From NCBI GenBank assembly GCA_951406725.2, contig OX597815.1, positions 123,070,001 through 123,134,000 of the forward strand: a stretch of DNA of 64,000 bases, given 5' to 3'. Under the pieces are notes generated by a model. That model was not told where the DNA came from, did not search any database, and saw nothing but the letters and a program-made list of their open reading frames with translations. The translations under genes were made by a program, and so were the position numbers. Of this stretch, positions 11,613-23,300 are shown one piece after another. This DNA comes from Octopus vulgaris. Taxonomy: Eukaryota. The stretch's first letter is position 1. Every line of letters starts with the position of its first letter.

Positions 11613-13999
11613 TGTAAATAACATGAAATTACATCAAACTGATAACAATATCAAGTCGAAGACTCAATCCTAGACCATGCTTGTAATTTGCAAGTATCAA
11701 AAACGATTGTAAGAAGTGATGTTAAATGAAAATGCTAATAACTAAAAATTCAGAGTTTACTTTAATGAAAATTAATACAATCGTTATGGCTAAAACACTC
11801 TTTTATACCATCGACTATTTTTATTTTAGGATTCTTACAATACTTTCTTTTGCTGAGTATAGATTTCTATTGCAATTTGTTCAGTAAATCGTTTTCATTT
11901 ACTAACATGTTATTATTTACCCAGTAACATCTTTAAGCCAATTATTTTTTTACTGTTCAAATATATTCAAAACAAATATAATTGAAAGAAGACTAAAACA
12001 TCTATTTTGTTAGAACATTATCCAAGACACACAAAGATTTTTGCTAAAACAAAAAAATTGTAAAAGGAATAATCAGATTCACATAAATGTGTAAATTTAC
12101 ATGTATACGTAGATTTTAGAATATATTTTCTTGTTACCTCAATGTATTTTAAGATTATCAAGCAGTAAATAATTGGATGAAAGTGTACTGACATGACATA
12201 AGATAAAAAATGAACATAACTTGATGGCAATTAGAGAGATTTTAGTGGCAATATTCCACAATTTATCTCTTTTTCTTTCTTTCTGTCCTTTAGCACATTA
12301 TCAAAATGAGAAATACTCTTTTCCTGCTGAAATTCACTCTATACACCATCTAATAATCTGGATATGTGTTAATAAATGGTTGGCTGAAAACTTTGTAGTT
12401 GTAAAACCTTGCTAACATTAGACCCAATAAATCAGTTTTAAATAAGTGCCAAGTAGAGTTGTTCATTTCCAGTCTTCCATGGGCACATGTTCAAGTCATG
12501 GTAAAATATTATATTGCTAAGAAATAAGCGAGAGTTGGTAGTAAGAAAGGTGACAGGCCATAGAAAAAATGCTTCTATCTGGCCCATGCAAACTTGGAAA
12601 AGTGGACATTAAAACTATAATGATCATAATAGTGACAGACAATGCAAATTGAAGTGAATGTTATCTTCAAAGCCAGCTAGTGTACATAATGGACATGTTT
12701 CAGACTTATTAGAGCTCTTCAGCAGGCACATTCTAATCAGTTGGCAAGACTAAAAGTGATCAATCTATTACATTCCTACTGTCTTTTTAAACAGGTAGGA
12801 AAGTTTAACTTTTGTGTAGAGACAGTAGAAATGGGAAGTTGTGACACTCATACCTTTTCAAATAGTGGTATTTCCATAAATAAAGTCATTCTAACTGGAA
12901 ATAAAGAAAATGAGGTATAGATTTCATTTACAAACAAGTCATTGTTGACTTCTAATGCATGCTTCCAACAAAGAAACATCTATGTGATTGTATGAACATC
13001 TTGAAATAGCAGCAAAATCACATTTTGGATAATGTGGTCCTACATTCCTTACACATAGGAAAAAGATAGAATGGACATAGCTTGAATGTCATGACCATTC
13101 TATGCACTGTCTTCTTTGGCATGGTTTCTATTGTTGGATACCTTTCCTCATGCCAACCACTTTACAAAAAGTGTACTGAATGCTTTTTTTTGTGCCACAA
13201 ACACTAGTGGTGATTGCTTTGTAAATTGTAAGGCTAAGGACCTAAAGTGGCCCTCATAACCAAGGGAAAACAAAAGAGAAATTGGACAATGATCCTAAGT
13301 GGAGGAATGAGGGAGAGTAAGAGGAGAGGGTGGGAGAGTATTGCAGAGAATACAGGAAAGGGAAGAGATTAGTGATACAGTTGACAAAATTGGAGAAATA
13401 GAGTTGAAAAAGTGATAGGGAGGATTGTATAAGGAGAGTTTAGGGCTACCCAATAGGCAAGGGAGTGGAGGTAGATGGCTTAGTGGTTAGGGTGTTGCAC
13501 CCACGATCCTAAGACTGTGGTTTCAATTTCTGGACCAGGTAAGATGTTCTCGAGCAAAACACTTCAATTCACATTGCTCCAATCTATTCAGCTCAGGAAA
13601 ATTAGTAATTCTGCACTGGACTGGCATCCCACTTAGTGGGGGAATATTCCAGAGTATGTGGGAAAACAGCCTTATGAGCCTATGGCTCAAGAAGGACCTT
13701 TGATCCTGATTTTTATAGATAAGTGTGATGGAAAGGGGCCAGAAAGGGAGCAATAGACTGGAGTGGAGAGAAATCCCTGAGTCATTGAAGGGGAAAGAGA
13801 AGTGATGGTCATGAAGGACAATCAAAAGGTGGGGAAAATGAGAAGGGATATTGAAGAAACAGAAGGTCTGTGTCTAAATAAATATAGAGTCATATCTGGA
13901 ATTATAATTTGTGAAAGCATAGATATTCCAACAGATTCACTCATTCACAACTTTGAAGACAACAATCAAATAATTAGAAATGAAACAGCAAATTGATAT

Positions 14000-14197
14000 A
14001 TACTCTTTTACTTGTTTCAGTCATTTGACTGTGGCCATGCTGGAACACTGCCTTGTAAGTCGAGCAGATTGACCCCAGGACATATTCTTTGTAAGCCTAG
14101 TACTTACTCTATCGATTCCTTTTGCTGAACCGCTAAGTTACAGGGACGTAAACACACCAGCATCGGTTGTTAAGCGATGTTGGGGGGACAAACACAG

Positions 14198-14228
<31 letters not shown>

Positions 14229-14390
14229 CACGACGGCCTTCTTTCAGTTTCCATCTACCAAATCCACTCACAAGGCTTTGGTCAGCCCAAGGCTATAGTA
14301 GAAGACATTTGCCCAAGGTGCCATGCAGTGGGACTGAACCCGGAACCATGTGGTTCATAAGCAAGCTACTTACCACACAGCTACTCCAAG
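14000..14390 (-). mobile_element. Octopus-type tRNA-derived SINE (full length)
   Basis: tRNA-like head (TAGCTGTGTGGTAAG...GGGTTCAGTCCC), internal TA/TG microsatellite, tail ...GACTGAAACAAGTAAAAGAG. Many further copies lie in VARS introns. Confidence 0.85.
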
Positions 14391-14466
14391 GCCTATACCA
14401 AAACATGTATGAAAATTATGTCATAAAATCAAATACATTTCTAATCAGTATGTTATTTAAGAATTA

Positions 14467-14594
14467 TTTATTTTATTTTAACTCAATAACAGTTATGTTA
14501 CAGAAATGTAACATTTACAAACGTCTCATGTTATACTGATACTTGTTTTCATTTTCATATTTCAAATACATTCCATTCATTATTTTTCTTTATT
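14467..14594 (-). terminator. Candidate polyadenylation signals of VARS
   Basis: AATAAA on minus strand at 14589-14594 and 14467-14472, 310-440 nt after the stop. The region is AT-rich, so chance matches are possible. Confidence 0.4.
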
Positions 14595-14903
14595 TTAATT
14601 AAGAGGAATATATTTTAAAAATAAAATTAAAATGAGTTAATTTAAAATATGTGAGAGTTACTTTTGAAACAAGTTGGTAGGAGTGAATATATTTGTTTAA
14701 GCAGTACTTGGGTGTATGAAAGTAATTTCAAATTATAACAGTTTTTGTGTCCATAAACCAAAAATGATTGCCATACTAGACAATGAAAAGCAATAGAATA
14801 TCTTCTTCAAATTTTTCTTCCTGAATGATTGTTTATGATTAAGCTTTGTCATGTCATTAGAAAAGTAGAAATATTTCCAGGACCCAAGACCAGAAAAAGC
14901 AGC

Positions 14904-14972
14904 TTACTGCATTGTCATCAGTGCACTAATCCCTTTTGTCAGTTTTTCAACTTCAGCAGAGAGTTCAGACAC
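14904..14972 (-). CDS. VARS1: VARS last coding exon 27 ([22 protein letters not shown])
   Basis: Polypyrimidine tract plus aag| acceptor, phase 0, amphipathic helix, TAA stop. Confidence 0.85.
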   Translation of the reverse strand: MSELSAEVEKLTKGISALMTMQ

Positions 14973-17900
14973 CTTAAAGAAAAACAAAACACTTGATTAA
15001 CAATCTTTAATCAAATCATAAAAGTCCAAACAAAATATTTCATCAAATAATAAAAATAATCAAAATAAAATTCATAGAACTGAATGAATGTTAATTTTCA
15101 GTCAAATTAAATTTAACTTCATGGCAGCCTTAGTACAATTATTTTTAGATAATCTTGTTTTCTTAAGGTCTGAATACAAAAATATTTTCTTAGTTTTAAT
15201 AAATCATCCTTTTTCTTGCAGGTTTACCACATAAGATGTGGGTGAATGGGGAGATAGCAATAGTTACCCTGAATCTACAGTAAAATAAAGTTTTCAAAAA
15301 GTATCATTAATTGACAGATGACAACAAAGTAATATTTAGTTAATTTCTTTGGGTCAACTCCACAAAATTCAGTCCTGAGAAGTTATAAAGTTTGATGGTA
15401 TAAACTAAAATGATATCAAATGTTAATTCTGTATACAGCTTCACTAACTTCCTCATCAAAAGCCACAACTACCATGGCAAACATATGAGAACAGAGAATG
15501 TATTAGCTTAGAGTGGTTAGTATAGTCTTTAACCCTTTAGAATTAAAATTACTCTGTCAAATGTAATGCTTATTTATTACCTCCGCCTTAGAGAAGGCGG
15601 AGGTATTGTTTTCAGTTGTATTTGTTTGTTTGTTTGTTCATGTACAAGATATCTCAAGAACCACTGGACGGATTCAGATGAAACTTTCAAGGATGTTTGG
15701 CCTTGTGACTGGCATGAACTGATTAGATTTTGGGATCAATCAGATACCAGACAAGGATTCTAGATTATTTTTCCTGTTTTCATTACTTAATCTTTGAGAG
15801 TGGTTAGGTTCATTTTTAGTATTCTTGTTTATGAGAGCAGTCGAGTTTATTTCAGATATTCTCATTTTTAAAATCATCTCTGGCTAATCATTGAGAGTAC
15901 GTTGGTGTTGTCTTGGCAGAAGTTTGTGCTCTCTGAGTACTCTTGTTTACATTGTTTTGAATTAATTATACATTACCTTGGAACTTCAAGATTTTGATGA
16001 TGTGATTGTTTATTTTTAGAATGACATCGTAGGATAGTTGTGAGAGTTTAGATCTGACTGGTTTGAACATAATACAGGTAGAATATTTGGGCCAGACATG
16101 GCCGGTTTAAACACTAAAGGGTTAAATACTTGGACATGTCAACAATGTCATATATTGTATTAAACAACGGAGAAAAAATTAGTTTCAAAAAATATCTCAA
16201 AGGGTTCATCTAGGTAAGTTAGGTCAGAGACAAAGAGTTCAGTTGAAATGTTTGCTCTACATAAAATTACATATTACTTATCAGTCAACAAGTGGAGAAA
16301 GACTCATAACTACATACATGATTACTAGTTCACATCTACAAAATCAAAACCTCAGAACAGATACATGAAGCATACATGTTAAAAAAACTTAAAAGAAATC
16401 TAAGTTTAATAATAGTTTCTGTATAGGAGGAGATAGAGATGGAGGGTGTAGTAATTACATATATCAATGCATAATAATTGTTGTTAACACCAATATTTAA
16501 AATTAATGTCATTCTTCATCAAAACTTTTATGGTTTACCTTTGAAGTATTTTGTTTCCTAACTTCTTCTGGAACTTTTGTTTCATAATCAGGTTTCTGAA
16601 TACTTTCATTTAGTTTGTTTAGTTGAGAATTAAGTTTCTCTTTCTTGCCTTCCAGCTTAGAGATTTCTTTGTTAATATCAATAAGACCCTGAAAACAAGA
16701 AGTGTTCTAAACTTAAAACACAACACAGACCATTCATGGCATTTAAAAGGACATCCTACAATATTTATTTTAACAAAATTAAAACAAAATTAATTACTGC
16801 ACTTAGTTTCATCCATCTCTGTTCTGGGTTAGAACATTTTATCCCTCAAGTGATTATAAAGAAAATACTAGTAATATGCTGGAGTTAATGCAATCATCTG
16901 CATTTCAATAGTTTTATGTAAGAAAGCAATATTCACCTCCAGTATTGTTATTTAAAATTTTCAGTAATATATTTTCCCATGAGTTCATTATATTATTTTT
17001 CATCTCTGTTATTTCTTAATCTACATTTTTAGTTCCATCATTGATATATTGTCACTGCTTAACTGCAGGACAGCCCTGACTGAGCTGACCTATGATTGAA
17101 GAGTCTAACAACAATCATTCTGTCTCTTTACAAATATAGTGTATCTAGGATTATATTATCCAATGTGTCATCAATATTTTTCATCTACTTTTTTTATGTT
17201 GACATGGGTTGGATATGACTCGTTAAGGCAGAGAGTTACAAACACCCTACCTGATGCTAACCCACATTTGTTTTCCAATAAGGCATTTTATTTCACATCT
17301 TTGCACAATGAATCATGGGAAATAAAAACAACTTCACCACTATAGCAATGTCAATGTAAAGACACACAGATACAAACATGCATACATATACAACATACCT
17401 ACATAGTGTCCCCCTACCAAATTTCACCCACATTGGTAGAGAAAGATATAGCTGCTAATTTCAACAGGTCAAGCAACTACATAGAGGCTTCTTCTTTGTC
17501 TCAACCATTGGTTTGCCAGAACAGTGCTTAGCTATTTCATACAGCCAACACAATTCAAGATATTTATTTTTGTTATGGCCAAGCAATTTCCCAACTATGG
17601 ACTCACTGACCAACTTTAAAACATTGATTTCATCCACAAGTTTTGAAGAAGGCTGAAGCCATTTAAATCAACCCGATTATTTGACCAAAATTATATTTGG
17701 TCAACTTACAAGTATTACCATGACATCTTTATTCCAGCTTTACCAATTTACCTTTCTTACTAGCTTCAGTCAGACAGCCACCATTCTGGTGCACTGCCAT
17801 GAAGGGTCTAGTCAAACAACTTGAGCCAGTGCTTATCTTTTAAGCCTGATATTCTATCGGTCTCTTTTGTTGAACCATTCAATTACAGGGATGTAAACAA

Positions 17901-19941
17901 ACCAACACTGGTTGTCAAGCAGTGGGGGAGGGAGGACAAACACAAAGACACACACAGTGTGTGCATATGAGTGTGAAGCTGAAAGATCATCATATATGTA
18001 TAAGGATGAGTTTCTTTCAGCTTCACACACATATGTACATACATATGTATGTACATACATACATGCAAACATATATATATGACAAGCTTCTTTCAGTTTC
18101 TGTCAACCAAATCCACTCACAAGGCTTTAGTCAACCCAAGGATATCATAAAATACACTTGCCCAAGGTGCCACACAGTGGGACTGAACTTAGAACCATGT
18201 GATAAGCCACAAAGGTAAAAATTGAAGTTTAATACAAATTGATATTTTGACTTACCTTTAGCATTAAGTGAGTTTCGCATTTGGCTGATACGGTAATCAT
18301 GGCACAACCAGTTGGAGGTTCTTGGTTGATAAGTATATTTACATTATCACTTGAGGCCAGGTTGGCAATAATGTCAACAAACGATTTCAAAATATTGGCA
18401 CTTTCTTCATCGGAACACTTTAGGTAAACTAGAAACAAAATCAAAATTACAATTAATTTATGTAATTCAATGACAAGCGACTCATTAAAATTGGAATATC
18501 TTATTGCTTATTTCAGTTCCTTTATGTGCAGTTACCAATTATTTGTGATACTCACTTGTGCGTTGTACTTTCTGTAACATTTATATTTATATTCAAAATA
18601 TATTCAAATATATTTACATTCATTGGTACAATGAATCTTCCTAACAGACATTTGATCTACAGGTGATATTTTTTTGTCAAAATAATTCAACATCATCATT
18701 GTTGTTATAAACGTTTTAATGTCTACATTTCCATGCTTGCATGGGTCAGGTGGCCAGATACTCTTCCTCACATCAATTCTCACCTGTTTCCAAGCAAGGT
18801 AATAATACACCAGTCTGTTAAACAACAAACAGCCCAGACATGGTTACACACAGAACTAGAAACAAATGACATTGTTTCAACATATATGAATGAAGATGAG
18901 GGGGAAATACAAATTCACTCAGATATACACTTGCACATGGCACCTTAGGCAAGTGTCTTCCACTATAGCTTCAGGCCAAACACAGTTATATGTATCAGAA
19001 ACTGAAAGCAGCTCATCATGATATAAATGTGTGAGTGTGTGTGTGCATGTGCGTATGCCTTTGTCTTGACATCAAGTGATGGTTGTAAATGAGCATCACC
19101 AGCACACAAGTGATGTTATTCATTTCTGTTCTTCAGTGAAAAACATATCAGATCAAGGAAAAATATTACCTAGCCTGGAAACAGGTGAGAGTTGGTGGCT
19201 GGAAAGAGCATCTGGTTATAGAAAATTTGCTTCAACGAATTCCATCTGACCCATGAAAGCATGGAAAACTAGCGCTAAATAATGATTATATATATATAGA
19301 GAGAGAGAGAGCGTCGAGCTTACGATCGTGAGGTTGTGAGCTCGAATCCCGGACCGGGCTGCGTGTTGTGTTCTTGAGCAAGGCACTTTATTTCACGTTG
19401 CTCCAGTTCACTCAGCTGTAGAAATGAGTTGCGACGTCACTGGTGCCAAGCTGTATCGACCTTTGTCTTTCCCTTGGATAACACTGGTGGCGTGGAGAGG
19501 GAGGCTGGTATGCATGGGCGACTGCTGGTCTTCCATAAACAACCTTGCCCGGACTTGTGTCTAGGAGGGTAACTTTCTAGGTGCAATCCCATGGTCATTC
19601 ATGACCGAAGGGGGTCTTTATATATATATATATATATATCATCATCATCATTGTTGTTTAACATCCGTTTTCCATGCTAGCATGGGTTGGACGGTTTGAC
19701 CGGGGTCTGGGAAGCCAGGAGGCTGCACCAGGCTCCAGTCTGATCTGGCAGTGTTTTACTACAGCTGGATGCCCTTCCTAATGCCAACCACTCCGTGAGT
19801 GTAGTGGGTGCCTTTTACGTGTCACCAGCACGGACGCCAGTCAAGGTGGCACTGGCATCAGCCACGTTCGAATGGTGCTTTTTACGTGCCACTGGCATGG
19901 GTATCACAACTACAATTTTCATTTGATTTTTATTTTGATGT

Positions 19942-19986
<45 letters not shown>

Positions 19987-20328
19987 CATACATATATATT
20001 ATATACTAATTACTGCTGATAGTAAAGCATTATCTGAGTTAAATATTGTTCTGAACAGTTTCTCTAATAATGGGTGCAATTTTGATGATTTATGTCAAGT
20101 TTCACCAAATAATAAAGTGCTTCAACCTCAGAATGTCAGTTCACTTACCATCAGCTTTTGTCTTAGTCAAATTATAGTCAGCCCTCATTGATCTGACACT
20201 CTTTACAACAGACTGCATAAACTCTACATTCTTCTCAATATCTGGATACCGGTAGTCACACTAAAAATAAACATGAACCAATCACTAAAACTGTAAAGTT
20301 ACAATAAGCATTCTATTTTAATGTCGTA

Positions 20329-20368
<40 letters not shown>

Positions 20369-23300
20369 ACATATACATCTTAGAATCAACAGAATAATAA
20401 TTTGAAGTTTTATGTGTTTACCTTTTATCGTTTACTTGTTTCAATCATTAGACTGCAGCCATACTGGGGCAATGCCTTGAAGAATTTAGTCAAACAAATC
20501 AACCACAATACTTATTTTTTTTCTAAAGCCTGGCAATTACTCTGTCAGTTTTTTTTGCCGACCCACTAAGTTACAGGGACATAAACACACCAACATCAGT
20601 TGTCATGCGGTGGTGAGGTTGACAAACAGAAACACACATATATATGCGACAGGCTTCTTTCAGTTTCCATCTAACAAATGCATTCACAACACTTTGGTTG
20701 GCCTAGGTACTTCTGGTTAACAAGAAGCGAGTCAAAATACTGGTGTCCCAGAAGGTCCCTGCACCAATGAGCTAAGTGTGTTATGAACTTACTGTCATCA
20801 TAAAAAGGAGAGGTTATTCTCCTATGATGTACACCACAGCAAACATATTTTGCGTTTGAACTGACATGGGTGTATTATGAATAAATATACAAATAATCGT
20901 TAAGAAAAATACAGTTTCAAGAACATGAAGGACTCAGTCATTTTTTTCTTTTGTTTGTTTCAGTCATTAGACTGTGGTCATGCTGGAGCACTGCCTTGAA
21001 GACTTTTAGTTGAATGAATTGACTCCAGTAATTTTTTTTAAGCTGAGGACTTATTCCAGCAATCTCTTTTGCCAAACATTTAAGTTACAGGGACATAAAC
21101 ACACCAACACCAGTTGTCAAACAGTGGTGGAGAACAAACACAAAGGCACGCTCACACACACACATACAACAGGCTTCTTTCAGTTTCTATCTACCAAATC
21201 CACTCACAAAGCTTTGGTCAGCTCAAGGTGCCACACAGTGAGACTGAACTTGGAACCATATGGTTGGGAAAATTTTCAATTTACCATACAATAATATTTA
21301 AGACAGCACTTCACAAACTAAGTGACCCTGAAATGAGTCAATAAAAACACAAAACTTACTTCTTTTGTCGTAGGATAAGGATGTACACAAATACTTGTCT
21401 TATCTTTTTTGTTTTCTCCAGGTAATCTTTGAAATAATTCTTCAGTAACATATGGCATAATTGGGTGGAGAAGTCGTAAACCAACATCAAGACACGTAAA
21501 AAGAATATTGCTTGTAATAGTTTTAGCTTCATCATCTGATCCATATAAAATTGGTTTTATGCTTTCCTGTAAAAAGAAAAGTTACAATATTCAGTATCTT
21601 TTTAAATAAATTAAATAATAAACATATTTTTTTAAAAATAGAAGCTAAATCCTTTTACTTACATCAAGAATAATAATAAGTCTACCTTAAGCTACAGGTT
21701 CTTAAGGCCATGACTCATCTGGATTTTCAAGGTGTTTAAGTTTAGAGTGCAAGATTTCTTCTTCTTGAAGAAGACAATAGTCCATTATAAGGTTAACTCC
21801 AAGTGCCACTGGTACTCATTTTTAAACGAGTGTATTGGAGCAATATGAACTGAAGTGCCTTGCTAAAAGCTACAACATGACCTGAACCAAGAATCAAACC
21901 CATGACCTAATGCTTGCAAACTGAACACTCTGACCACTAAGCTACCCAACTTCAGAAGAGTAACAAAGAAATTACTTTAAAAAAATGAAAATATCCAAAT
22001 AAAATTACATTTAAATGTATCAGAGAAAAAAAACTGCAAAAAGGAATTTCGAAATTCATATGTATCTTGTTATAAAACATGCCACAGAATATTTTATTGT
22101 TATTATTTTTTGCTATAATGAATACTTATTAACCATCACAAAGTCAAGTCCTTGTCGTTGTTTGGTAGCTTGCATGCCTCAATGATCCTGAGAGATTTAC
22201 CAATGGAGCACAAGATCCTGGTAGGACTTTCCATGCTACACAAACCAAAGGAAAGAGGCTAGAATATTGGGGACCACCTCTTTGCAGGGGTGAAAAGAGA
22301 TTTGCATAAGACCAACACCCTACCTAGAAAAAAGCAAAGTTACAGAACGATTGATAATAATTCAAAATCAACAAGACCTGGGAGAAGAAGGCCTTCTCCC
22401 AAGGAAACGTATTCTCTGACCTGAAACCCATAAAGGAGGCAGAAGAGAGGACACCCTAAAAATAGTTGGAGGAGGGGTTTTGATGTAGAGCTGAAAAAGC
22501 AGGGGTCAAAATGAGAGAAGCAGCAAAGACAGAACAGTGGAGAAAAGTAATCAATGGCCAATGCTCCATAGAAAGTGAAGGGCTAACACTCTAGCTTTCT
22601 ATCTACACTCAATATCAGATTAAGAAATGAAAAACAATTAGTGATAAAATTCAAAGTTTACTTACCACATACCAATCACAAAGCTCATACAACCAGAAAT
22701 TGTAAATAGCAGTGGTAACAGTTGGGAAGTCATAATTCTCAAATCCAGATGTTGACAACACAACAGCTTCTGAAAGACGACTCAATATCCATTTGTCCAT
22801 AAGACTTCCTTGATTCTTCAAATAAAATATATAAAAATTTCAAATGTAATTTTTATTTTACAGATTTTCTAAGAGCATATATATCATTTAATAATATTCT
22901 CATCAAAATAACTGTCATATGGCTTCTCTAGCCTATGTTCATCTTAATTTCACAAATATTCATTCAGTTATAATGTTCTCTTTTTTGAATACATCAACAT
23001 AATTTCAGCAATTTTTTTTCACAAAACAATTTACTTCTATGTCCAGGTGTTTTTTTATAGTGGTTTTTATTACATTTCAAAGCTTTAAATTTTTGAATCT
23101 TCACATTAAGTGACAGGGAAAAAAAGAGAAAAAAATTTTCAATGTCAAGAAAAAAATTTCTTCCAATTCTCCTGGTAGACTGAATCCTTTGCAGATTTTA
23201 ATGCCATCACTTGGACTTTGGTCATCTTTAGCAGAGTAAACTCTGTTGCAATCTTTCAGACCAGGTTTATGATCTGAGAATAGCTTTACCTTTCCTTCCC

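Noticed and set aside
15368-15460. UUGAUGA...CUGA pair on the VARS strand resembling a C/D snoRNA
   Set aside because: No terminal stem, imperfect C box and no recognisable rRNA antisense element; such pairs are expected by chance in AT-rich DNA.
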